From an uncultured bacterium (GTDB taxonomy: Bacteria; Omnitrophota; Gorgyraeia; Duberdicusellales; CBEUCJ01), in contig CBEUCJ010000002.1 in assembly GCA_965541615.1 (NCBI GenBank), positions 223,795-287,794 on the forward strand: a stretch of DNA of 64,000 bases. Reading direction: 5' to 3'. How positions within the stretch are numbered: the first letter of the stretch is position 1; every line of letters starts with the position of its first letter. Positions 11,728 through 21,117 of this stretch are shown here, piece by piece. A program made the position numbers and the translations under genes. The notes below the pieces were generated by a model, which made no database searches, had not been told where the DNA came from, and saw only the letters and a list, made by a program, of their open reading frames with translations.

Positions 11728-14403
11728 TCATTTTTTCTTCCTTCTCTTCTTAGATTTTCTTTCTTTCAATTCTTTTAATTGAGCATGAGCTAAAGCCATT
11801 CTTGCTATAGGAATTCTAAAAGGCGAGCAACTTACATAATCTAATCCTATTTTATGACAAAACTCTACAGAATCAGGTTCTCCTCCGTGCTCTCCACAGA
11901 TACCTATCTTTAAATCTTTGCGAACTTTCCTTCCCTTTTGAACTCCTATCTCCATCAATAGCCCTACACCTTCTGTGTCTAACTTTTGAAAAGGATCAGA
12001 CTTAAGGATACCTTCTTTCAAATATTGGGGTAAAAATCTTCCTACATCATCTCTTGAAAATCCAAAAGTCATTTGAGTCAAATCATTCGTTCCAAAGCTA
12101 AAGAATTCAGCAATTTCAGCTATTTTATCAGCTGTCAAAGCTGCTCTTGGAACTTCTATCATAGTCCCAACACTGTATTTGAGTTTTACACCTTCTTCTT
12201 CCATAACTTCTTTAGCTATTTTATCTATTATCTCTTTTTGTCTCTTTATCTCTTCTACATTTCCAACAAGAGGGACCATTATCTCAGGAAAAACTTTTTT
12301 ACCCTCTTTTTTTAACTGACAAGCAGCTTTAAAAATAGCTCTTGTTTGCATTTGAGTAATTTCAGGATAAACTATTCCTAATCTACAACCTCTGAAACCC
12401 AACATAGGATTAAATTCATGTAAGGCAGTTACTTTATCTTTTATCTTTTTTTCAGGGATATTCAATTTTTGAGCTAACTCTTTAATTTCTGCTTCAGTCT
12501 TGGGTAAAAATTCATGAAGAGGAGGATCTAATAATCTTATAGTTACTGGGTATCCTTTCATCACTTTAAAGATCTCATAAAAATCTTTTTGCTGAAGAGG
12601 TAGTAACTTATCTAAGGCTTTTTTCCTTTCTTCTGAATTATCAGCTAATATCATCTCCTGCATAATAGGTAATCTGTCTTTAGCAAAGAACATGTGTTCA
12701 GTTCTACATAAACCTATGCCTTCAGCTCCAAATTTTAAAGCAGTCTCTGCATCATGAGGTGTATCAGCATTAGCTCTTACTTTTAACTTTCTTACTGAAT
12801 CTGCCCACCTTAAAAGAGTCTTAAACTCTGGAGTCAATTCAGGTTCTATTAAAGGAGCTTTGCCCAAAAACACTTCTCCTGTAGAGCCATTTATAGTAAT
12901 AATATCTCCTTCTTTTATTATCTTTCCATTAATATGAAATTCTTTTTTATCTTCATAGACTAAAATATCTTGACATCCTACCACACATGGTTTTCCCATA
13001 CCTCTTCCTACTACAGCTGCATGAGAGGTTAAACCTCCTGTAGAAGTCAAAATTCCTTGAGAAGCATGCATACCTCCTACATCTTCAGGAGAGGTCTCTT
13101 TTCTTACCAATATTACTCTTTCTCCAGATTCAGCCTGCTTTATAGCTTCCTCTGCAGTAAAGACTACTTTACCACTAGCAGCTCCTGGTGAAGCAGCCAA
13201 ACCCTTAGCAATAGGGGCTTCTTTAAAAGAAGGATCTATTGTTGGATGTAAAAGTTGATCTAAACTTTGTGGAGATACTCTTAAAATAGCTTCCTCTTTG
13301 GTAATTAGTTTCTCTTTAACCATATCTACAGCTATCTTTACTGCTGCTCTTGCAGTCCTTTTTCCTGTTCTGGTTTGTAAAAGATATAACTTACCCTCTT
13401 GAATTGTGAACTCCATATCCTGCATATCTCTGTAATGCTTTTCTAATTTTTGAGCTATTCTATAAAGCTGATTGTAAACTTTGGGCATTATCTTCTTTAA
13501 TTCTTCTAATTTTAAAGGAGTCCTAATACCAGCTACTACATCTTCTCCTTGAGCATTCTGTAAAAACTCACCATAAAAAACTTTCTTACCAGTAGAAGGA
13601 TCTCTTGTAAAACAAACACCTGTCCCAGAATTTTCTCCCATGTTTCCAAAGACCATTGCCTGCACATTCACAGCTGTCCCTAAATCATCAGGAATATTAT
13701 TAAGTTTTCTGTAAATTATTGCTCTCTCATTATTCCAAGATTCAAAAACAGCATTTATAGCCATCTTAAGTTGCTCAAATGCTGATTGAGGAAGTTCTGT
13801 TCCTGTTTCTTTCTTAATCAACTCTTTGTATTTACAGATTATATCTTTTAGATCTTCAACATCTAATTCTATATCGAATTTAACATTCTTCTCTTTTTTC
13901 TTTTCACTCAAAATCTCTTCAAACTTTTCATGCTTTACTTTCAAAACCACATTTCCAAACATCTGAATAAATCTTCTATAAGAATCATAAGCAAATCTTT
14001 CATTCTTAGTAAGCTTTGCTAATCCTTTAACACTCTCATCTGTTAAACCCAAATTCAAAATAGTATCCATCATCCCTGGCATAGAAATAGGAGCTCCACT
14101 CCTTACAGAAACCAAAAGAGGATTATTTTCATCTCCAAATTTTTTTCCCATAACTTTCTCTAATCTATTCAAATACTTTTTAACATTTTCATAAAAACCT
14201 TCAGGATATGATTTATTATGCTGATAATAATAACTGCAGATCTCTGTAGTAATAGTAAACCCAGGAGGTACAGGTATACCTAAATTGGTCATCTCTGCTA
14301 AATTTGCACCTTTTCCTCCTAAAAGATTTTTCATCTTTGCACTACCTTCAGCTTTACCTTCTCCAAAAAAGTAGATATACTTCTTTTTAAAAGTCTTTTT
14401 CAT
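11728..14403 (-). CDS. ppdK: Pyruvate, phosphate dikinase
   Basis: LGGKGANLAEM, SVRSGA, GGLTSHAAVV phospho-His, GIGLCRTEHMF, GICGEHGG. Confidence 0.99.
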   Translation of the reverse strand: MKKTFKKKYIYFFGEGKAEGSAKMKNLLGGKGANLAEMTNLGIPVPPGFTITTEICSYYYQHNKSYPEGFYENVKKYLNRLEKVMGKKFGDENNPLLVSVRSGAPISMPGMMDTILNLGLTDESVKGLAKLTKNERFAYDSYRRFIQMFGNVVLKVKHEKFEEILSEKKKEKNVKFDIELDVEDLKDIICKYKELIKKETGTELPQSAFEQLKMAINAVFESWNNERAIIYRKLNNIPDDLGTAVNVQAMVFGNMGENSGTGVCFTRDPSTGKKVFYGEFLQNAQGEDVVAGIRTPLKLEELKKIMPKVYNQLYRIAQKLEKHYRDMQDMEFTIQEGKLYLLQTRTGKRTARAAVKIAVDMVKEKLITKEEAILRVSPQSLDQLLHPTIDPSFKEAPIAKGLAASPGAASGKVVFTAEEAIKQAESGERVILVRKETSPEDVGGMHASQGILTSTGGLTSHAAVVGRGMGKPCVVGCQDILVYEDKKEFHINGKIIKEGDIITINGSTGEVFLGKAPLIEPELTPEFKTLLRWADSVRKLKVRANADTPHDAETALKFGAEGIGLCRTEHMFFAKDRLPIMQEMILADNSEERKKALDKLLPLQQKDFYEIFKVMKGYPVTIRLLDPPLHEFLPKTEAEIKELAQKLNIPEKKIKDKVTALHEFNPMLGFRGCRLGIVYPEITQMQTRAIFKAACQLKKEGKKVFPEIMVPLVGNVEEIKRQKEIIDKIAKEVMEEEGVKLKYSVGTMIEVPRAALTADKIAEIAEFFSFGTNDLTQMTFGFSRDDVGRFLPQYLKEGILKSDPFQKLDTEGVGLLMEIGVQKGRKVRKDLKIGICGEHGGEPDSVEFCHKIGLDYVSCSPFRIPIARMALAHAQLKELKERKSKKRRKKK

Positions 14404-14407
14404 TTCT

Positions 14408-16279
14408 TCACCTCCCTTTTAATTTCATAAAATCAGCTATATTCTCTTTTAAAGGTGAATAGATTTCATACAACAGTCTTGCTCTATTCATCTTCAAATT
14501 TTTATCTTCTACATTGACCAAAACTTTATCAAAAAAGTTATGTAAAGAAGGTAGAATCTGCGAGTAAATCTTAATTATTTTACCATATTTTTTTTCTTTT
14601 AAAAGAACTTCAAACTCAGATTTAATTCTTAAAAATTCTTTATATAATTCTTTTTCAGGATGTTCTTTTAGAAGAGGTTCCTTTAAAGGAGGTAATGTTT
14701 TTTCTTTTTTAAGTATGGGTTTAAGAATTCTATAACACCTCTCATACACTTTTAAAGTATTTGTAAAATCAACAGATTCATAAAGAGCATCTAATTCTTT
14801 TAATCTTTTAAAAAATTCCCAAATTCTAAAAGGTTTCGTTTCTAATAAAGCTTCGATTAAATCTTTTCTTTTCGTAAAATTAAGAGCTAATGTTCTTATT
14901 CTTTCTTTAAAAAACTCTAAAACTTGAGAAACTTCTTTAAGACCTATAATTTGACAAGATTTTTCTACCAATTCTTTTAAATCACAGATTAAATCTCCTT
15001 CACAAAGAATCCTAATTATTCCTAAAGCTTGCCTCTTTAATCCAAAAGGATCTGCTTCTCCTGTAGGTTTGAATCCTTTAAAGAATACGCCTACAATGTT
15101 ATCTAATTTGTCTGCTATACTTAAAATTTTACCTAAAAAACTCTGAGGAATTTTATCTTGAAAAGTCTTAGGTAAATAATGCTCGTAAATAGCTTCACAG
15201 ATTATTTTTGAAAAACCTTGCTTCTTAGCATAAAATGAGCCTACAACTCCTTGCAGAGAAGGGAATTCTTTTACCATGTTGGTGACTAAATCTGCTTTTA
15301 TTAAATAAGAAGCTAATTCTATTTCTTTGGCATCTAACTCAGGTTTATTTTCTATTTTTTGACATATAAATTCTGCTAACTCTTTTATTCTCTGTGCTTT
15401 TTCGTAAAAACTACCTAACCCTTCTAAAAATATTAAACTTTTAAGAGATGCTGCTCTATCTTTTAAAGAAATTTTTAAATCTTCTTTCATAAAATATAGA
15501 GCGTCTTTCAATCTGGCATCTAAAACATTCTCATAGTTTCTTCTTACTATATTCAAATTCTTTGGCTTTGTTTCCAATACAGCTATGAATTTATTTATAA
15601 GAGAACCATCCTCTTTTATTAAAGGAAATATTCTCTGATATTTAGACATGCTAGCTATCAAAACTTGAGGAGGTAGTTTTAAATACTCTTGTTTAAAATT
15701 TCCTACAAAAATAAAAGGAGATTCTGTCAAAAAATTCACTTCTTCTAAAAGGTTTGAATCAAACTCTTGTTTACATTTAAATTTTTTTGCTATTTTTTTA
15801 AGGTTCTCTAAAATTTTCCTTTTACGTATATTTTGATCATAAATAATTCCTTTCTTATCTAAAAATTTAAAAAATTCTCTGGGAGTTTTAATCAGTTTAG
15901 ATTTTAATAACTTTGTTTTAGGATCGATAAAAAAAGTTTTTCTATTTGAAACTACATCTGCGATTTTAAATTTTATCACCTCTTTATCTAACAAACATAC
16001 TATCCAATCGATCGGTCTTAAGAATCTGTATTTGGAATCTTCCCACCACATACTCTCTGCAAGTTTAAAATTGCTTAAAATTTTTATAAGAACTTCTTTT
16101 AAAGTAATCTTATTAAAATCTCCTTCTGCATAAAGAATGAGTCTCCTATAGGTGCAAAAGCCTTTTAATTGGCATTTATTAAAAAAATTTTTAAATTTAG
16201 ATTTTAATTGATTTAAAATATCCTGAACACTTTCTGGAGGTAGTTCTTGAACACCTATTTCTAATAAAAACTCACTCAT
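14408..16279 (-). CDS. glyS: Glycine--tRNA ligase beta subunit (shortened)
   Basis: FLLEIGVQELPP, FLRPIDWI, KADLVTNMVKEFPSLQG, ADKLD, DPFGLKR; follows glyQ. Confidence 0.93.
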   Translation of the reverse strand: MSEFLLEIGVQELPPESVQDILNQLKSKFKNFFNKCQLKGFCTYRRLILYAEGDFNKITLKEVLIKILSNFKLAESMWWEDSKYRFLRPIDWIVCLLDKEVIKFKIADVVSNRKTFFIDPKTKLLKSKLIKTPREFFKFLDKKGIIYDQNIRKRKILENLKKIAKKFKCKQEFDSNLLEEVNFLTESPFIFVGNFKQEYLKLPPQVLIASMSKYQRIFPLIKEDGSLINKFIAVLETKPKNLNIVRRNYENVLDARLKDALYFMKEDLKISLKDRAASLKSLIFLEGLGSFYEKAQRIKELAEFICQKIENKPELDAKEIELASYLIKADLVTNMVKEFPSLQGVVGSFYAKKQGFSKIICEAIYEHYLPKTFQDKIPQSFLGKILSIADKLDNIVGVFFKGFKPTGEADPFGLKRQALGIIRILCEGDLICDLKELVEKSCQIIGLKEVSQVLEFFKERIRTLALNFTKRKDLIEALLETKPFRIWEFFKRLKELDALYESVDFTNTLKVYERCYRILKPILKKEKTLPPLKEPLLKEHPEKELYKEFLRIKSEFEVLLKEKKYGKIIKIYSQILPSLHNFFDKVLVNVEDKNLKMNRARLLYEIYSPLKENIADFMKLKGR

Positions 16280-17132
16280 ATTTTTCTAAATATTTTAAAG
16301 CGCAATTTTTGGCTAAAAACCTTATCCTCTTTATAAAATCTGGTCTCTGAATCTGAGATATCGCTCCTCTTGCATCTAAAAGATTAAAAATATGCGAATT
16401 TCTTAGAACTAACTCGTATGCTGGAAACAACAAATCTTTTTTTAATAACTCTGAAATTAATTTTTCATTGTAAGAAAACTCTTCTAAAAGAACTTTCACA
16501 GGAGCGAATTTAAAGTTGTATTCACAAAATTGGATCTCATAATCCTTAAATAAATCTTTGTAACTTATGCCTTTTTTGTACTCTATTTCGTATACATCCT
16601 TTTTGTTCTGCAAAAGCATAGCAATTCTTTCTAATCCATAGGTAATTTCACAACTAATAGGATATAATTCTATATCACCTACTTCTAAAAAATAAGTAAA
16701 CTGAGTGATTTCTAAACTATCTAACCACACTTCCCACCCTAAACCCCTTGCTCCTAAAGTAGGTGAAGACCAATCATCTTTTACAAACCTTAAATCATGG
16801 GATGCTAAATCTAACCCCAGAAATCTTAAACTCTTTTTATAGATCTCTTTTACATCTTTTGGAGCAGGTTTTAGAATGACCTGATATTGAAAATATCTCT
16901 GCATTCTTAAAGGATTATCAGCGTATCTACCATCAGCTGGTCTCCTAGAAATTTGAACGTAAGCTGTCCTCCAAGGCTTTTTCCCCAAACACTTAAAGAA
17001 GGTGAAAGGATGGAATGTGCCTGCTCCTACTTCTGTATCGTAACTTTCAGCTATGAGACATCTTTGCTCTTTCCAAAAAGTATGGAGGTTTAAAATAATG
17101 TCTTCTAAATAATAACTCTTGACTTTTTTCAT
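16272..17132 (-). CDS. glyQ: Glycine--tRNA ligase alpha subunit
   Basis: EVGAGTFHP, RRPADGRY, GLGWEVW, EITYGLERIAM, FNLLDARGAIS. Confidence 0.97.
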   Translation of the reverse strand: MKKVKSYYLEDIILNLHTFWKEQRCLIAESYDTEVGAGTFHPFTFFKCLGKKPWRTAYVQISRRPADGRYADNPLRMQRYFQYQVILKPAPKDVKEIYKKSLRFLGLDLASHDLRFVKDDWSSPTLGARGLGWEVWLDSLEITQFTYFLEVGDIELYPISCEITYGLERIAMLLQNKKDVYEIEYKKGISYKDLFKDYEIQFCEYNFKFAPVKVLLEEFSYNEKLISELLKKDLLFPAYELVLRNSHIFNLLDARGAISQIQRPDFIKRIRFLAKNCALKYLEKYE

Positions 17133-17977
17133 TCAAATCTTTCTTTTCTTAATCTTTCTATTATTTCAGGATCTATTTTAAAACTCTCAGCTTCAGAAGG
17201 AAACTTTCCTTCTTTTACATCTTTAATAAACTCTTTTATAGCAGTTTTAAAATCTTGAATCCAGTTCCTATACTTTCTTACAAATTTAGGTGTCTTTTCG
17301 GAATAAAAACCTAATAAATCATGGGTAACTAACACTTGACCATCACAAAATTTTCCTGAACCTATCCCTATCGTAGGGATTTTTAAAGATTCAGTTATCA
17401 ACTTTGCTAACATTTGAGGTACACATTCTAAGACCATACAGAAACTGCCTGCTTTTTCTAAACTTAAAGCAGTCTCTAACAATTCTTTAGCACTCTCAAA
17501 AGTCCTTCCTTTAACTTTATATCCACCAACATTTAAAACCTGTTGAGGTAACAATCCTATATGAGTCATCACAGGGATACCTGCTTGTGTTATCTTTCTT
17601 ACTAATTCTGTATGCTCTTTTGAACTCTCTATCTTTACAGCATGAGCACCTGCTTCTTTTACAAACCTTATTGCATTCTTAACAGCTTCTTGGATTGAAA
17701 TTTGATAACTCCCAAAAGGCATATCTGCTACAACCAAACTTTTTTTGGAAACTCTGCTTACAGCTCGAGTCAAAATTATCATTTCTTCCATACTAACTTT
17801 TAAAGTATCTTCATAACCTAAAACTACATTGCCTGCTGAATCTCCTACTAAGATAATATCTACATCTATTTCATCTAAAAGTTTTGAGAAGACTGCATCA
17901 TAAGCTGTAAGCATTATGATCTTTTCTTTTTTCTGTTTTTTTTCTAAAAGAATTTGAGGGCTAACTCTTTGAACCAT
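17129..17977 (-). CDS. panB: 3-methyl-2-oxobutanoate hydroxymethyltransferase (start revised from 18049 to ATG 17977)
   Basis: MLTAYDA, ILVGDS, VADMPFGSY, HIGLLPQ, PTIGIGSG; the upstream in-frame extension contains a promoter and is not PanB-like. Confidence 0.93.
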   Translation of the reverse strand: MVQRVSPQILLEKKQKKEKIIMLTAYDAVFSKLLDEIDVDIILVGDSAGNVVLGYEDTLKVSMEEMIILTRAVSRVSKKSLVVADMPFGSYQISIQEAVKNAIRFVKEAGAHAVKIESSKEHTELVRKITQAGIPVMTHIGLLPQQVLNVGGYKVKGRTFESAKELLETALSLEKAGSFCMVLECVPQMLAKLITESLKIPTIGIGSGKFCDGQVLVTHDLLGFYSEKTPKFVRKYRNWIQDFKTAIKEFIKDVKEGKFPSEAESFKIDPEIIERLRKERFE

Positions 17978-17984
17978 ACAATTG

Positions 17985-18012
17985 ATTTTAACAGTTAATT
18001 TGGAGTGGTCAA
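17985..18012 (-). promoter_or_regulatory. Promoter for panB-glyQS-ppdK operon, probably leaderless
   Basis: TTGACC-16 nt-TAAAAT with extended -10 TG, 7 nt before ATG 17977. Confidence 0.65.
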
Positions 18013-18045
18013 GAAATCTAATTAAATTCAGATTTTGGAGAAAAT

Positions 18046-19392
18046 TCAAAGAGTTTTAATTAAATTTTTAGCAGCTAAAATTCCTTGAGCTATAGCTTCT
18101 ACTACACTCGCTTCTCCTTTTACTATATCTCCTGCAGCATAGACTCTTTTAACTGTAGTCTCTAAAAGTTTATTGACTTTTAATTTTCCATCTAAAACTT
18201 CTAAATCTGGATGGGTTTTATATATTAAAGGATTAGGAGATTGTCCTATAGCTATTATTACACTATCAGTTTTTATCTCTAAAAATTCTCCAGTGGGAGT
18301 AGGTTTTGGTCTTTGAGTAGAATCTAATCCTCTTAGTTCCATTTTTTCAAAAACTACACTTTCTACAAAATCTTTGCCTTTAAATTCTTTAGGAGCTAAC
18401 AGAAAATTAAACTCTACACCTTCTTCTTCTGCATGTTCTATTTCTTCAATTCTGGCAGGCATAAATTCTTTTGTTCTTCTGTAACAAACTTTAACTTTAC
18501 TATTTAACCTGAGAGCTACTCTTGCACAGTCTATAGCAGTATTTCCTCCACCTATAACTATGGTGGTTTTACCTATATTTAAAGGGGTGAGTTTCTTTGG
18601 AAAAAGATGAGCTCCCATTAAATTTACTCTCATTAAAAATTCATTGGCTGAATAAATACCCCTTTTTTCTTCTCCTTTAATATTTAAGAGTTTGGGAAGA
18701 CCTGCTCCTGTAGCTATAATTACTCCTTTAAAACCTGCTTTAAATAATTGAGAAATAGTAAGAGTTCTACCTATTAAACAATTCAATATGAATTCTACAC
18801 CCATCTTCTTTAAAGTCTCTATCTCTCTGTCTACAATTTCTTTTGGCAACCTGAAAGAAGGGATTCCATAGATTAAAACTCCTCCTAATTTATGCAGAGC
18901 TTCAAAACAACTAACTTTGAAACCATTCTTTCGCAGATACCAACTCGCTGCTAAACCCGCTGGTCCTGATCCAATGACAGCTATTTTTTCTTTCCTTTCT
19001 TTTATTTTTATTTCCTCTTTATACCCTCTTTTATGAAATTCATCTGAAACATATCTTTCTAATTTTCCTATTCTTATAGGTTTTGATTTCTTACCTAATA
19101 CACAAGCACTTTCACATAAATTTTCTTGTGGACATACCCTAGAACAAATTTGTGGAAAAGGATTCTTTTCTTTTATCAGAAAATAAGCTTCTTTTATTTT
19201 GTCAGCTTCAATTAGCTTTATAAAACCTGGTATATCTATATTTAAAGGACATGCTTTTACGCAACTGGGGTCTGCACACTTTAAACATCTTTCAGCTTCT
19301 TTTAAAGCTTGAACTTTATCGATATCTAAGATTACTTCTTCAAAATCTTTTATTCTCTCTTCAGGTTTTCTTTTAAAAACTTGTAAGCACAT
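18046..19392 (-). CDS. nfnB: NfnB/SudA electron-bifurcating transhydrogenase large subunit (GltD-like)
   Basis: EAERCLKC..PSCVKACP, CSRVCPQENLCE, GSGPAG, YGIPSFRLP, GGGNTAIDCAR; paired with NfnA-like gene and no gltB in the window. Confidence 0.85.
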   Translation of the reverse strand: MCLQVFKRKPEERIKDFEEVILDIDKVQALKEAERCLKCADPSCVKACPLNIDIPGFIKLIEADKIKEAYFLIKEKNPFPQICSRVCPQENLCESACVLGKKSKPIRIGKLERYVSDEFHKRGYKEEIKIKERKEKIAVIGSGPAGLAASWYLRKNGFKVSCFEALHKLGGVLIYGIPSFRLPKEIVDREIETLKKMGVEFILNCLIGRTLTISQLFKAGFKGVIIATGAGLPKLLNIKGEEKRGIYSANEFLMRVNLMGAHLFPKKLTPLNIGKTTIVIGGGNTAIDCARVALRLNSKVKVCYRRTKEFMPARIEEIEHAEEEGVEFNFLLAPKEFKGKDFVESVVFEKMELRGLDSTQRPKPTPTGEFLEIKTDSVIIAIGQSPNPLIYKTHPDLEVLDGKLKVNKLLETTVKRVYAAGDIVKGEASVVEAIAQGILAAKNLIKTL

Positions 19393-20195
19393 TCTTCCTT
19401 TTCTTTATAATGATTTAACCTTAAGATTAAACTATCAAAATCCACTTTATGCGCTTCAAATTCAGGACCATCTACACAGGCAAATTTTTCTTTACCATCT
19501 ACTATCACCCTACACGCACCACATAAGCCAGTTGCATCTACCATTATAGGATTTAAAGAAACTATAGTCTTTATATTAAACCTCTTGGTGATTTCTGAGA
19601 CTCTTTTAAGCATAATTGCAGGACCTGCACAATAGACAAAATCTATCTTCTCTTCTAAAAGGATCTTATCTAAATCTTGAGTTAAAAATCCTTTTCTTTG
19701 ATAAGAACCATCATCTGTATAAATAAAAATTTTTTCTGAAAGTTCTCTTAATTCTTTCTCTAAAAATATTAATTCTTTCGTTCTTGCTCCTATTAAAGTA
19801 TAGAGTCTTTTTCCTTTAGATTTATAATACTTTAACTTAGGATAAATCTCACATTGAGCTAAACCTCCTCCAATAAAAAGACCTTTATCAAAATCTTCAT
19901 CTAAAATTACCTTTCCTAAAGGTCCTAATATAGAATGAATGGTATCACCTTCTTTTAATTGAGAAAGTTTATAAGTTTGAGCACCTACTATCTGAAATAT
20001 AAACTCTATATAATTTTCTTTTTCATTCCAATTAAAGAGTGTTAAAGGAATCCTTTCAGAATCAAGGTCTTGTAAGACTACTATAAATTGACCAGGTTTA
20101 GCATTAATAGGGATTAAATGTGAATTTACTTTAAACTTAATTATCTGTGGGGCTAAGATCTTTTTTTCTAAAATAGTAAATTTTAAGTTCTCCAT
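19350..20195 (-). CDS. nfnA: NfnA/SudB small subunit (FAD, 2Fe-2S); ORF open to 20207
   Basis: AKPGQF, ERIPLT, GPLG, TDDGS, LNPIMVDATGLCGACRV, FACVDGPEF. Confidence 0.88.
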   Translation of the reverse strand: MENLKFTILEKKILAPQIIKFKVNSHLIPINAKPGQFIVVLQDLDSERIPLTLFNWNEKENYIEFIFQIVGAQTYKLSQLKEGDTIHSILGPLGKVILDEDFDKGLFIGGGLAQCEIYPKLKYYKSKGKRLYTLIGARTKELIFLEKELRELSEKIFIYTDDGSYQRKGFLTQDLDKILLEEKIDFVYCAGPAIMLKRVSEITKRFNIKTIVSLNPIMVDATGLCGACRVIVDGKEKFACVDGPEFEAHKVDFDSLILRLNHYKEKEECAYKFLKENLKRE

Positions 20196-21117
20196 TTTTT
20201 TCTTCAACCAAATAAACTTGGATATTTAAGGAATTTTTTTTCAAAAATTCTTTTATTTTATCCTTACCCATCACAAAGAAAGCTGTGCTTAAACTGTCTG
20301 CTAAGCTCAGATTATCAGCTATCACACTAACACTTAATAGATTATTTGCAATAGGAAAACCTGTTTTAGGGTCTATTATATGATGATATCTCTTATTTTC
20401 AAATTCAAAAAATTGCTCATAGTTACCTGAAGTAGCTATAGCTTTGTTCTCTAATTCCAAAATTTTTAGATATCTGTATTTATCTTTGGGATCTCTGATA
20501 GCTATCTTCCATTTTCTATTTAAGTTTTTACCTGCACAATATATATCTCCTCCTGCATCTATTAAAAAATTATTTATCTTTTTACTCCTAAAAAACTCTG
20601 CTAATTTATCTACGATAAAACCTTTTGCTATTCCTCCTAAATCTATTTCTTGACCTTGTTTTCTTAAAAAAACTTCATTGTTCTTTTCATCGATTAACAG
20701 ATCTTTGATGTTAGTTAATTTTAATTTTTTTAAGATTAGTTCTTTTGAAGGAAGTTTTTTTACCCTTTTCTTCTTTATTAAACCCTTCCAAATCTTTATA
20801 ACAGGTGATAGCATCACGTTAAAAGCTCCATCTGTCAAATGATGAATTTTCAATGCTAACTTTAAACACTCTATTAGATCTTTAGATACCTTTGTTTTTT
20901 GAATACCTGCATTTTTATTTATTTTAGAAACCTCAGAATTCATATCATAATAATTAAAGACTTTCTCCAGATTTTTTAAGAATCTTTCTGTTTCAGGAGG
21001 TATTTCTTTTGAAGGAATTTTTATTTTTATTATAGTGCCTAAAAAAAGATAGGTCTTTTCAGCTGAGAAAGCTACACAAAAGTGGAAAAAGAAGATACAT
21101 AAAAATATTCTTTTCAT
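20137..21117 (-). CDS. apbE: FAD:protein FMN transferase
   Basis: Signal peptide; TDGAFN, IDLGGIAKGF, DAGGDI, ATSGNYE, HHIIDPKTG, ADSLSTA. Confidence 0.93.
   Translation of the reverse strand: MKRIFLCIFFFHFCVAFSAEKTYLFLGTIIKIKIPSKEIPPETERFLKNLEKVFNYYDMNSEVSKINKNAGIQKTKVSKDLIECLKLALKIHHLTDGAFNVMLSPVIKIWKGLIKKKRVKKLPSKELILKKLKLTNIKDLLIDEKNNEVFLRKQGQEIDLGGIAKGFIVDKLAEFFRSKKINNFLIDAGGDIYCAGKNLNRKWKIAIRDPKDKYRYLKILELENKAIATSGNYEQFFEFENKRYHHIIDPKTGFPIANNLLSVSVIADNLSLADSLSTAFFVMGKDKIKEFLKKNSLNIQVYLVEEKNGELKIYYFRKKDLSPTDN

Noticed and set aside
17978-18049. 24-codon N-terminal extension of panB
   Set aside because: Not PanB-like and coincides with a -35/-10 promoter
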